A stretch of DNA of 37,989 nucleotides, from positions 1 through 37,989 of IMG/VR virus record IMGVR_UViG_3300016665_000607; one strand, written 5' to 3'. The position numbers and the translations under genes are program-made. Below are positions 18,824-27,467 of the stretch, in pieces; the first letter of the stretch is position 1; every line of letters starts with the position of its first letter. The notes beneath the pieces are model-generated. The model worked only from the letters and a program-made list of their open reading frames with translations. It was not told where the DNA came from and did not search any database. Origin of the DNA: a virus (Duplodnaviria > Caudoviricetes).

Positions 18824-21357
18824 AATTGAATTACATTTACAAAAGCAGGTTCTAGTTCTCGCGCATGGTCGCAAACGAGAATTTGAGTATCCGTACTTTC
18901 TAGCTGTTGATTCAGATTAAGCAAGAGCTCTTTTAAATTTTCTCTAGCCTCTTCGTCCAAATGAGTAGATGGCTCATCCAGTACCAGGAATCCCAGGTCC
19001 GGGATTACTAGTTGCTGTACAGCCAGTAGGAAGGCAATAGATAGCCTTACCTTCTGCCCACCTGACAGTTTATCATGATCGAACAGCACTTGGCCTGGTT
19101 CGTCTACCCGGTAAAACTGAAGACTAACTGGCTTGTTAGGATGCGGAATAATAGCAAAGTTTGCATCCATAATTTCCAAGTTATCTTGAGTCATGCTGAC
19201 AAGACTATCAAACTTATGTTGAACATAAGCCATAGGAATGCCTTGCCTTGAGAACGCGTTAACAATGCGCTGCAGTTCTTGAATCACAGCGCGCTTTTCT
19301 TCATCCAATTTTATTTTGTTCTCAATTTCTAGTAGACGCCTTCTGATACCATTTGCCTGGACTTTAAGCTGCGCCGCCGTTGCTTCGAGTTGATTGTAAA
19401 TTCTAGATTTCTCTATCAGAGTCTCTTTTACCTCTCCCCCTTGTTCAACTAAATGTTTTAGTTGCGGCGTAAAGGATTCAAAGATTTGATTTCTTTTTAG
19501 AGCGAGCTCGGCACATGACGCTTCAAATTCCTCAGAGCGTTTAATCTCTGTTTCTCTAGCCGAAAGCAGTTTCCCGATTTTAATATTCGTGTCGGTCAAC
19601 TCTTCCAGCTTGGAGCTCCAGTGTTCAATCTTGTCATTAAACTCAACGATCTCTCTTTCGAGAGAGGTAACATCAAGCTTATTGAAACTATCTATCTCTT
19701 CTTCACTAAACTCTTTAAGGCGTGCCTCATAAAGTTTAATATCAGAAGAAATTTTGTTTATGCGTTTTAAGTCGGCAACTCGTTTTGCTGCTGCGCTATT
19801 GAGGGCGGCGTACTGAGCTTTAAGGGCATCAATATCCTCATCAACACCAGCATCCAACAATGCCTTATTATTTTTATACTGTTTAGTATAGAAATCTAAA
19901 AGTGTCTGTCTCTGAGTAAGCTCATGTTGGGATACCTTCATGTCTTTACTCAGGCTCACATACTTATCATTCAAGGTGTTAAGCTCTTGCTTAGCGACCT
20001 TGAGTTTTTGATCGTATGTTGTAAACCGATCTCTCAGTTTTTCATGTGACACGTTTTCTCCGCATACAGGACAGTCAGCAGTACATTCACTATCCAGGGC
20101 GATTTTACATGTTTCAGTAATAGTTTTAAACAGCGCCGCTTCATTCGAAAGAGCCTGCATTTTGCCTTCCAACTCTTCCAAATTTTTGGACAGCGTGTTA
20201 ACCTCTATCACAAGACTAGCAGAAAGGTCCCGGTTTTTCTTACCTTCCGCTACTGCCTGATCTAGATCGCTTTTATACTTAATTCTGTTCTGCTGCGCCT
20301 GTATACGCGCTTCCAAATCAGCAATAGAATTTGCAGGAACTTCCTCCGGGCATTCAGCCAAAAGCGAACCATATTCTTTGGTTAGCTCAGAAATTCTATC
20401 AACAATATTTTTGTAAAGCGAAGCTTTATTTCTACTGTCTTGCATCGCTGCCACTAGATTTCTAGTAGCTTTGATTTTAGCGTTAAGTCTGTCAACCCAG
20501 TCAGAAAGCTCCTGTACAGAAGTAAGTTTTAACTTCAATTTATCCGCCTGGGCATTCAGGGCAGCATTTGCTGCTTCCTCATTAGCACGAGCAGAATTTT
20601 TAGCATTCAAAGCATGCGTTGCATTAGAAGTGATCGCGCTGAGGTTGCGCTCCCACTCCTCATACATTTTAATTTCTGGATCGTAACTACGAGTACGCGT
20701 AAGCTGTTCTTCAGCTTTAGCTAGTTCTTGCTCTGCGGTATTCCTTGAAGACTGAAGCTCATCATGCAGAGTTGAAAAGTCTTGGATCTCAGAAGACAGT
20801 ATTTTTATTTTACCTGCTGCAACGTCCGCAACTTTCTGCATATGCCCAAGAAGCAGTAGCTTAACTAGAAGTTCTTCACGTTCAGCTTGCGAGCCAAACA
20901 GAATTTTATCTAGCGCGCCCTGTTCAGGAAACACTGCATTATCAATTGCATACTTGTCAGCTCCAAGAATCTCAGTCAGCGTAGCCTGGATTTCATCAGC
21001 CCGAGTATAGGTTTCGTCTTTTATCTCAGCTCCCTTGTCATCCAGCTTGGCAAGTTTTCTGGATGAAGGAGAACCAATCTTGCGACTAATCCTGTACGTA
21101 TTCCCTTGAGCATAGAATTCCATCTCAGCCTGACCAAATGCAGGCTCAGCTTCAAGCTCAGGATCTACTTTACGAATAAAGGATTCCTGTGTTTCCTTGG
21201 CCGGTGTCCAGCCGGTTACAAGGAAATGAATTAGCTTAAGGATAGTGGATTTACCAGAACCATTAGGTCCCATCAAACCCACAACAGAACCATCCAGAGT
21301 TGCCTCCAGATGTTTATGTTTACCCAAATTTTTTATCAGTAGTTTTTTGATTCGCAT
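18820..21357 (-). CDS. sbcC: SbcC/Rad50-like SMC ATPase
   Basis: Walker A GPNGSGKS, Q-loop PEQG, long coiled coils, zinc hook CPVCG, signature LSGGQ, Walker B/D-loop LDEPSTHLD, CDH. Confidence 0.92.
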   Translation of the reverse strand: MRIKKLLIKNLGKHKHLEATLDGSVVGLMGPNGSGKSTILKLIHFLVTGWTPAKETQESFIRKVDPELEAEPAFGQAEMEFYAQGNTYRISRKIGSPSSRKLAKLDDKGAEIKDETYTRADEIQATLTEILGADKYAIDNAVFPEQGALDKILFGSQAEREELLVKLLLLGHMQKVADVAAGKIKILSSEIQDFSTLHDELQSSRNTAEQELAKAEEQLTRTRSYDPEIKMYEEWERNLSAITSNATHALNAKNSARANEEAANAALNAQADKLKLKLTSVQELSDWVDRLNAKIKATRNLVAAMQDSRNKASLYKNIVDRISELTKEYGSLLAECPEEVPANSIADLEARIQAQQNRIKYKSDLDQAVAEGKKNRDLSASLVIEVNTLSKNLEELEGKMQALSNEAALFKTITETCKIALDSECTADCPVCGENVSHEKLRDRFTTYDQKLKVAKQELNTLNDKYVSLSKDMKVSQHELTQRQTLLDFYTKQYKNNKALLDAGVDEDIDALKAQYAALNSAAAKRVADLKRINKISSDIKLYEARLKEFSEEEIDSFNKLDVTSLEREIVEFNDKIEHWSSKLEELTDTNIKIGKLLSARETEIKRSEEFEASCAELALKRNQIFESFTPQLKHLVEQGGEVKETLIEKSRIYNQLEATAAQLKVQANGIRRRLLEIENKIKLDEEKRAVIQELQRIVNAFSRQGIPMAYVQHKFDSLVSMTQDNLEIMDANFAIIPHPNKPVSLQFYRVDEPGQVLFDHDKLSGGQKVRLSIAFLLAVQQLVIPDLGFLVLDEPSTHLDEEARENLKELLLNLNQQLESTDTQILVCDHARELEPAFVNVIQL

Positions 21358-22462
21358 ACAGTCTTGTGTCTATGAACTTTTCAATGAGATGAGGAGCAGG
21401 AGCTTGTGGATCGCACAAAGCTTGTGCTAGTCCAAAGATATCAGAGTTATTTGGGAAGTAATCAGATACAAAGTCTTCAGGTTGTTTACCAGTAGGATTA
21501 CCAGTACGCCTGTTAACTATGTTCAAAAGTTTAAATCCCGCTTGCTGTAGATTAGTGACACGGATAATGCACTTACTAGTATCCACTATTCTAGCGATAC
21601 GCATATACAGATCCGAGAAAGTCGGATCTTTGCGAACTAGAATTGTTGGATGCTCATCCTTAACGGCATCGATTTTGAGAAGCAACGCATTCGCCTCATC
21701 CGCAGTACGAATGTCTTCAGCGATAATTGGTTTGTTTAGTTTGAGCGGTAAGGAATCCAAAGTGATTCTACCTGAGTCTTCTAAGGTAATTAGAGACACA
21801 AATTTTTCTACACTCTCATTACGAGAACACAGCTCAGTGGATCCCGGGTAGCCAACTAGGCAGTCATCTTTGCGCAGGTATTTATGCACATGAATGTCGC
21901 CCAGTAGAATAGCTTTGTATTTATCTGTAGGAAGGTCCTCGACTTTAAGAACTTTATCTCCCGCATCAAATGCAGCAAAGTCCTTGACCAGAGTATGGAA
22001 CATCATGAAGTCAGCTACAGGAAACTCTGAGCTACGTTCTCTGAAATCATCAGGTGCCATATCCGGTACACCATAGATTGTATATTCTTTTCCATCCCTA
22101 GCTTTCATGCTAATCAGTTGGAAATCAATATCGTAAATAGCGCATTGTCCATTCTCCTGCATTTCATCCTGCAGCACCTTAATCCAGGAAGGATGGCACT
22201 TGTCATGATTGCCAGTGATCACAAACAGTTTAACTTTGCTTGAAATCAGCTTCTGGTTTAGGCGAATTAGATCCGCAATGTTTCTGCTGCTGGGACGCTT
22301 AGAATTAAGAATGTCGCCAGCACATAAAATATAATCTACTCCATTCTGTACTGCGATATCCACAATACGGAAAACAGAGTCAGTAAAGTCTTGAGCGCGA
22401 GCAGTCTTTCCAAACTGCATATCACGCAAATGCCAGTCGGCGGTGTGAATAACTTTAATCAT
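21320..22462 (-). CDS. sbcD: SbcD/Mre11-like metallophosphoesterase nuclease
   Basis: HTADWH, AGDI, GNHD, MFH, LGDIH, YPGS motifs; adjacent to sbcC. Confidence 0.92.
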   Translation of the reverse strand: MIKVIHTADWHLRDMQFGKTARAQDFTDSVFRIVDIAVQNGVDYILCAGDILNSKRPSSRNIADLIRLNQKLISSKVKLFVITGNHDKCHPSWIKVLQDEMQENGQCAIYDIDFQLISMKARDGKEYTIYGVPDMAPDDFRERSSEFPVADFMMFHTLVKDFAAFDAGDKVLKVEDLPTDKYKAILLGDIHVHKYLRKDDCLVGYPGSTELCSRNESVEKFVSLITLEDSGRITLDSLPLKLNKPIIAEDIRTADEANALLLKIDAVKDEHPTILVRKDPTFSDLYMRIARIVDTSKCIIRVTNLQQAGFKLLNIVNRRTGNPTGKQPEDFVSDYFPNNSDIFGLAQALCDPQAPAPHLIEKFIDTRLYANQKTTDKKFG

Positions 22463-22465
22463 AAT

Positions 22466-22684
22466 TTATCCTCTCAAATATTCTACGTCCTTTCTGTGTC
22501 TCAGCCTTAACGCCTGATCCCTTGTCAGTCCAACAAATTCTCCCGGGGTGAAGGAGATCTCGTCAGGATAGTAATCGAAGAGCATTTCCTCTTCCTCCTC
22601 GTTTTCATAGGTAACCCATACTTGAGGCATAGGGTCAAATAAACTTTTAGGTTGTTCTGTGATTCTGGCTTTTGTTATTGTCAT
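22466..22684 (-). CDS. Small acidic hypothetical phage protein
   Basis: 72 aa; first gene of the long minus-strand operon. Confidence 0.7.
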   Translation of the reverse strand: MTITKARITEQPKSLFDPMPQVWVTYENEEEEEMLFDYYPDEISFTPGEFVGLTRDQALRLRHRKDVEYLRG

Positions 22685-22685
22685 A

Positions 22686-22713
22686 TTGCAATAATCTTGA
22701 TTTTGATTAAATT
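22686..22713 (+). promoter_or_regulatory. Possible sigma70-like promoter for the kinase-like gene
   Basis: TTGCAA-N16-TAAATT, 8 nt before ATG 22722, in an AT-rich divergent gap. Confidence 0.35.
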
Positions 22714-22721
22714 ACCTTATT

Positions 22722-23387
22722 ATGTTAAAAGTTAATTTAGTTAGTGGTATGAAAAAATCAGCCACACCTGCTTGGGTCAGAGCATTGGCGACTGGAAAGA
22801 TAACACCAGATAACATATCTAAGTTAACGGCTTTGCTGCCCGCAGGTAAAACTAGACTTTTAAAGAATTTGAAAGGTAAGCCTAAATTTCTTGGTGCTGG
22901 TGGTGAGGGTAAAGTTTATGAGAGCTTTACTGGACAGCACGGTCCGTCCGCTTTAAAGATTATATCTCAAAAGGGATCGCCTAGAGCTGAAAAAAGAATT
23001 GAAGACATAAAGAACTTATTCTCGTCTTCAGATATTTATCCAGATATTTTATCAACGATTAGAGGAGGTAGAGGCTACGCTATGCCTCGGTTATTACACA
23101 ACCCTCCTTCCGGTAATGCATTCAATGAACTATTGGGGACGCCTTCTAGTAACAAAAAACAATGGTTAGACTTTGTTAATAGATTTCAAAAATCCACACT
23201 AGAGCCGGAAAAAGTTTATATACCTAACGCTAAAAGGTTTGGAAGCTATGCAGCAGGTGGGTTGCCTAATACGGCGTTGATGCGCACAGCCAAAGGCCCC
23301 GTAGCTATCAGCGATATTAGAGGTTCAGGTAACATTATGTTTAACCAGTCTGGTCGTCCTTATCTCACAGATCCATATATTATTTAG
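22722..23387 (+). CDS. Protein kinase-like (PKL fold) protein
   Basis: Gly-rich loop LGAGGEGKVY, beta3 lysine ALKI, catalytic loop SDIRGSGNIM, metal-binding LTDP; C-lobe truncated. Confidence 0.65.
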   Translation: MLKVNLVSGMKKSATPAWVRALATGKITPDNISKLTALLPAGKTRLLKNLKGKPKFLGAGGEGKVYESFTGQHGPSALKIISQKGSPRAEKRIEDIKNLFSSSDIYPDILSTIRGGRGYAMPRLLHNPPSGNAFNELLGTPSSNKKQWLDFVNRFQKSTLEPEKVYIPNAKRFGSYAAGGLPNTALMRTAKGPVAISDIRGSGNIMFNQSGRPYLTDPYII

Positions 23388-23589
23388 AGGGAAATAACCA
23401 TTTTGGAAATAACCAACCTCTTCTTCCGCACTTTTTGCATTGATGCATTTCCTTCATGCAATGCACTCCAATTCTCAAAGCTATTTGATATTCTCTTTCA
23501 GTAGCCTGCACTTGTTGCCAGTCATGTTTAGATAGCCACTTGCAGCGATTTCTAAACATGTACTTAATTTTGTAAAACAAAGATTTCAT
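23380..23589 (-). CDS. Small Zn-binding phage protein (DUF1660-like pattern)
   Basis: 69 aa from ATG 23589 (MKSLFYK...CKWLSKHDW...CKKCG). The ORF track's extension to 23760 runs through the structured RNA and is probably not coding. Confidence 0.55.
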   Translation of the reverse strand: MKSLFYKIKYMFRNRCKWLSKHDWQQVQATEREYQIALRIGVHCMKEMHQCKKCGRRGWLFPKWLFPSK

Positions 23590-23607
23590 TGAATAGATAA
23601 AATAAGT

Positions 23608-23652
23608 AAAAAGAAATAGAGGGTGTAGGTCAACGCGCGACCTACACCCTCT
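23608..23652 (-). terminator. Intrinsic terminator
   Basis: Perfect 14-bp inverted repeat AGAGGGTGTAGGTC (23618-23631)/GACCTACACCCTCT (23639-23652), followed by ATTTCTTTTT on the minus strand. Confidence 0.75.
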
Positions 23653-23820
23653 TGCGTTTCTGTTATCCGCGCAGTCCCGTACGCTGGGCTTCATACACGG
23701 CTGCTCTTCCTCTGCAGACTCTAGATAATCCAGAGTTCCGGCCTTGGAACCGGCAATCATTTAACAGTAGCGATCTGTTAAACAATTGGGCGCATTAAGA
23801 GCAATGGATAACCATTACCC
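23608..23820 (-). ncRNA. Candidate structured ncRNA (~210 nt), family not recognised
   Basis: Begins 7 nt after a TATAAA in the repeated promoter motif; consecutive stems with G-U pairs that form only on the minus strand; ends in a 14-bp hairpin plus U-rich tract. Confidence 0.6.
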
Positions 23821-23821
23821 A

Positions 23822-23840
23822 TACAAATTTATATAACACA
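23822..23840 (-). promoter_or_regulatory. Repeated promoter motif TGTGTTATATAAATTTGTA, copy 1
   Basis: Exact 19-bp match to 26594-26612; both copies are intergenic and face a minus-strand transcription unit. Confidence 0.65.
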
Positions 23841-24080
23841 CTAAGGTGCTTTATTGCAAAAGAATTTTTCTGCTTTTGCTAAAGCTTTCTTCGCAGCTTT
23901 AACTTTAGCTGTAGGCATTCTTGGCACCTTTATTCTTTTTAGAAATCTGTTATGACTTTCAATTTCCAAGAGCAGTTCATTCATATGAAATCTCAGCGGG
24001 CCAAGTACGTCTAAAGATTTAGAATACCATACTTGGCTTTTTTTGTAATGAGCTAGTAGCTCTTTGTTGTCTTTTCCCAT
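23841..24080 (-). CDS. Small basic hypothetical protein
   Basis: 79-aa Lys-rich ORF. Confidence 0.55.
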   Translation of the reverse strand: MGKDNKELLAHYKKSQVWYSKSLDVLGPLRFHMNELLLEIESHNRFLKRIKVPRMPTAKVKAAKKALAKAEKFFCNKAP

Positions 24081-24081
24081 A

Positions 24082-24117
24082 TAAGTAAATACCGCCGGGT
24101 ACGTGAATACCCGGCGG
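24082..24117 (-). terminator. Intrinsic terminator of the 666-aa/133-aa operon
   Basis: CCGCCGGGTA (24092-24101)/TACCCGGCGG (24108-24117) stem followed by TATTTACTTAT on the minus strand. Confidence 0.7.
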
Positions 24118-24130
24118 CTCTGTTTATTGT

Positions 24131-24532
24131 TTACTCGCCATCGGCATCGAGGGCAGCGAGCTGCTTCTCGATTTCTTCGGTGGTCAGGTTCTCCAGCGAA
24201 GCAATACGCTTACGCTGCAGGAGGTCCTGCATGAACTGCTTCTGGGAAGCCTTAGCAGCACGAGCCTTAGCGGCATCCGCCTCAGCCATCTTGGTCTCGA
24301 TGACATAGGTCACGAGATCAAACATGCCCTGTTCTTCGGACATGCTTTCAGTGCGCTTGGTGATGAAGGACTTGCGTCCTCCCTTCTGGATCTTTTCATC
24401 CAGAGCGACGGCGATCCGGTCAAGATCTTCCAGCTTCAGATTCCAGAGATCCTCAAAGGTCAGATGCCCTTTTGTGGATGCAAAACGCCACTGCTTACGA
24501 GCGGCTTTGATAAGGAGGGATTCGAGTGACAT
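24131..24532 (-). CDS. Phage hypothetical protein (coiled-coil C-terminus)
   Basis: 133 aa with RFASTKGHLTFEDLWNL...SFI pattern; co-transcribed with the 666-aa gene. Confidence 0.75.
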   Translation of the reverse strand: MSLESLLIKAARKQWRFASTKGHLTFEDLWNLKLEDLDRIAVALDEKIQKGGRKSFITKRTESMSEEQGMFDLVTYVIETKMAEADAAKARAAKASQKQFMQDLLQRKRIASLENLTTEEIEKQLAALDADGE

Positions 24533-24559
24533 GTGTTTTGTGTTGGTTTGATTTTGGGT

Positions 24560-26560
24560 TTAGAACTTAACTTTAAGGACACGCTTAAACGTACCCTCGA
24601 CTTCAACAAAAATATGATTGCGAATGGTATCGGAGAAACCGAGACCAGACAGCTCATCTTCTGCTTTATCTACATTTACCTTGCTGCCGAGAATTTCGAA
24701 AACCTTGCGGTCTTCGTTCAATTCAGGCTTCAGGAACTCATTAAAGAACGGACGAGTTTTCTCATCCGACTTACAGCCTTCCAGGAAGAAGAAGAAATGT
24801 TTGTTACCGACAGCTCCATTCCAGTAGTTGGGCGACAGGGTAATCGCGCGAACAGGAACAAACTGACCGGTCTTAACACCCCACTTCTCACGGCTGTTAT
24901 ACTTAGCCACGTTTGAAGTTCCAGTGGAACCAATGAACTTGATTCCATCTTTTTTGGAATAAGTGAACTCAACGATGTTAAAGTTTTTACCAGACGCAGC
25001 ATTGGTGTGCGAGGTAAAAGTTTCAATCTCGCCGTTGTATTCAATTTCCACTTCAAACCCGCCGTCTTTATTGTCACGACGGCAGTAGTTATTCACTACA
25101 ACTTTATAGGTGCCTTCGTACCTTGGTTCTCCCTTCCAGAAGATATTCTCAACAGGTTCACGGCTTTGCCCGCCACCTGCATTCATATCAACATCCAACA
25201 TACCACCAGATGGTGACAAGCTACGTTTGTTGCCAAAATAAATTTGGTAATTATGCGGAGGTTCGAAAACATGAAGGTCCAGGTCATCGTGGTTGTGCCA
25301 CGACAAGCTGATACGCAATGCGCCTGTAACATTGCCGCCCGCAGCCTTGACACGTTCTTTGATGGAGTCAGCAACATCACCTGAGTAGGCCCAGGAGAAA
25401 TTGTTACCCCATTTGAACATGGTGGGATCATCCGGATTCTTGGCTCCGACAAGGCTGACAAAATTTGGCATGTGGAGATTTTCCACCAAAACTTTAACGG
25501 ACTTGCAGGTGGGGAGCACCTTGTCCACAAAGTCTTGAATACCAATTTCTTCAACCTTATTCAGGCTCTTGGGATTAACGATGGTATCCTTCTTCAGTTC
25601 TGCAAAAACATCAGAAGGAGAACCTGCGGAAGCACGATGAACAAACAGAGTATTGTCCACGGTCAGATCCCTGCCGTCAAGAAGACGACGTTCCAGAGAA
25701 CCCATCATCCCGAGCTCAACAAGGCGTTTCTGAGCCTGCTCGAGCATGCGAGGCGTAACCAGCGCAGTGGGGCGTTTGTAGTTGGCTGGAGCCACTACGC
25801 GCTCAAAGGCGCTGACAGCGCTGTCCAAATCACGACCTTCGGAAAGGTCATTCAAGAGCGTTCCAATCGAAGTGTTGCGAATACGACAAACACTTGTTGT
25901 AGTGTTCAGAGATTTAATCCAGCAGAAGTTATCTTGAAGGGCTTTAGGCACCTTCTTGAATTCTTCTTTGATTTTGCGCAGTTCATCCACGGCAGCCTTG
26001 TGCTCTGTGCCACGATATAGAGAACCCTGGGAAATCAGCTCGAGAACAGTATTGACTGCCTCATCAGTGATTTCTTCAAGCGAACGCTTAAGGACACTTT
26101 TGTTGTCCCGGGCATTACCTTGGGCAGGCCCGATTGCTTCTTCGCGTTTAACCGCGTTAGACGGCAGGGTCACGAAGTAATGTTCCCAGACAAGTGACCT
26201 CTTCGTGTCTGGCGTCTTATCCGTCCCCAGTTTGGCGAACGAATTCAAAAAGATATTCTCGATAGGTAAAGAAACAATGTAGTCTCTCAGAGCTTTGATA
26301 GAATCTTTGTACTCAGGATCTTCACATTCAAAATCCCACAGAGTGAGAATCTTGTTGTCTTTGATCCCGACAATGCACGAGAACTGTCTGATGAATGACT
26401 TACAGCAGTTGCAGGTGTTTTCCTGCTTGTACTGCTCAGGGAAGGCATTCAGATAGATGTCCCATACTTTCTCCTTATCGACGGCCACATAAAAAAGAGG
26501 GCCGTTTGTTTGCAGCTCATTGAAGCGCTGCTGCATTTTGGTTTTAATGTCTTTGAACAT
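24560..26560 (-). CDS. Large phage protein with YfaP/DUF2135-like domain
   Basis: N-terminal CNCCKSF; C-terminal RISLSW...DLDLHV.EP...LDVD...PVENIFW...GTYKVVVNNY matches the YfaP-like pattern. Confidence 0.75.
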   Translation of the reverse strand: MFKDIKTKMQQRFNELQTNGPLFYVAVDKEKVWDIYLNAFPEQYKQENTCNCCKSFIRQFSCIVGIKDNKILTLWDFECEDPEYKDSIKALRDYIVSLPIENIFLNSFAKLGTDKTPDTKRSLVWEHYFVTLPSNAVKREEAIGPAQGNARDNKSVLKRSLEEITDEAVNTVLELISQGSLYRGTEHKAAVDELRKIKEEFKKVPKALQDNFCWIKSLNTTTSVCRIRNTSIGTLLNDLSEGRDLDSAVSAFERVVAPANYKRPTALVTPRMLEQAQKRLVELGMMGSLERRLLDGRDLTVDNTLFVHRASAGSPSDVFAELKKDTIVNPKSLNKVEEIGIQDFVDKVLPTCKSVKVLVENLHMPNFVSLVGAKNPDDPTMFKWGNNFSWAYSGDVADSIKERVKAAGGNVTGALRISLSWHNHDDLDLHVFEPPHNYQIYFGNKRSLSPSGGMLDVDMNAGGGQSREPVENIFWKGEPRYEGTYKVVVNNYCRRDNKDGGFEVEIEYNGEIETFTSHTNAASGKNFNIVEFTYSKKDGIKFIGSTGTSNVAKYNSREKWGVKTGQFVPVRAITLSPNYWNGAVGNKHFFFFLEGCKSDEKTRPFFNEFLKPELNEDRKVFEILGSKVNVDKAEDELSGLGFSDTIRNHIFVEVEGTFKRVLKVKF

Positions 26561-26593
26561 ATGCTTAAGTACGTCCTAGATAATTCCGGTGCG

Positions 26594-26612
26594 TACAAAT
26601 TTATATAACACA
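26594..26612 (-). promoter_or_regulatory. Repeated promoter motif TGTGTTATATAAATTTGTA, copy 2
   Basis: Exact copy of 23822-23840, 33 nt upstream of ATG 26560. Confidence 0.65.
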
Positions 26613-26646
26613 AAGGGATACCCCGTTACTAGCAGAGTATCCCTTT
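26612..26646 (-). terminator. Terminator-like hairpin after thyA
   Basis: AAAGGGATAC (26612-26621)/GTATCCCTTT (26637-26646) inverted repeat 22 nt after the thyA stop. Confidence 0.6.
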
Positions 26647-26668
26647 TAGTGTGAATTTATTTTAATTA

Positions 26669-27463
26669 TTAAACAGCGATATCTGCTTTAATAGCTGGGT
26701 AACATTGATAATTAGTCAGCTCAAAATCCTCATACCTAAAGTCGTCAATATTTTGGATGTTGGGATTAATGATCATAGTTGGACGCTCAAGCGGTTCTCG
26801 AGAAAGCTGCAGCTTGGCTTGATCAATATGGTTTACATAAAGATGCGCGTCACCAATTGTATGCACAAACTCATATGGCGTATAGCCAGTAACCTGCGCA
26901 ACCATCATTAACAATAGCGAGTAGCTAGCAATGTTAAAAGGTACACCAAGGAAAACATCTGCACTGCGCTGATAAAGCTGAAGGCTAAGTCTGTTCTCGT
27001 CATCGACAAAGAACTGAAAGAAAGCATGGCATGGAGGGAGGGCCATGTTTTCCACATCTGCAGGATTCCATGCGGATACAATATGCCTGCGGCTATGAGG
27101 ATTAGATTTCAAACTTTCAATCACATTACGTAACTGATCGATTGTACCATCCCGGGATTCCCAGCTTCTCCATTGTTTACCATAGACAGGCCCAAGCTCA
27201 CCATCAGGGCCAGCCCACTCATCCCAAATAGTCACACCATTATCCTGCAGGTATTTAACATTTGTATCTCCGCGAATGAACCAAAGGAGCTCATGAATAA
27301 TGGATTTCAAATGAACCTTCTTTGTCGTAACCAGAGGAAATCCCTCTGTCAGGTTATACCTGCTTTGTGTGCCAAAAACTGAAACAGCACCTGTCCCAGT
27401 TCTATCCATTTTATACACACCATTCTCTAACACCTGCCTCATTAACTTAAGGTACTCAATCAT
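26669..27463 (-). CDS. thyA: Thymidylate synthase
   Basis: [66 protein letters not shown]; 264 aa. Confidence 0.98.
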   Translation of the reverse strand: MIEYLKLMRQVLENGVYKMDRTGTGAVSVFGTQSRYNLTEGFPLVTTKKVHLKSIIHELLWFIRGDTNVKYLQDNGVTIWDEWAGPDGELGPVYGKQWRSWESRDGTIDQLRNVIESLKSNPHSRRHIVSAWNPADVENMALPPCHAFFQFFVDDENRLSLQLYQRSADVFLGVPFNIASYSLLLMMVAQVTGYTPYEFVHTIGDAHLYVNHIDQAKLQLSREPLERPTMIINPNIQNIDDFRYEDFELTNYQCYPAIKADIAV

Positions 27464-27467
27464 AACT

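Noticed and set aside
18824-18874. Longer start for the RAMP ORF (177 aa)
   Set aside because: It overlaps the sbcC coding end; the ATGA-coupled ATG at 18823 is more plausible.
23735-23756. tRNA suggested by GGUUCCAA (T-loop-like)
   Set aside because: No cloverleaf, acceptor stem or anticodon arm can be built around it.
23590-23760. N-terminal extension making 23380..23760 a 126-aa protein
   Set aside because: It runs through stacked hairpins and a terminator; ATG 23589 gives a coherent small Zn-finger protein.
25472-26020. 182-aa plus-strand ORF and other antisense ORFs in 24.3-26.2 kb
   Set aside because: Antisense shadows of the GC3-rich 666-aa and 133-aa genes.
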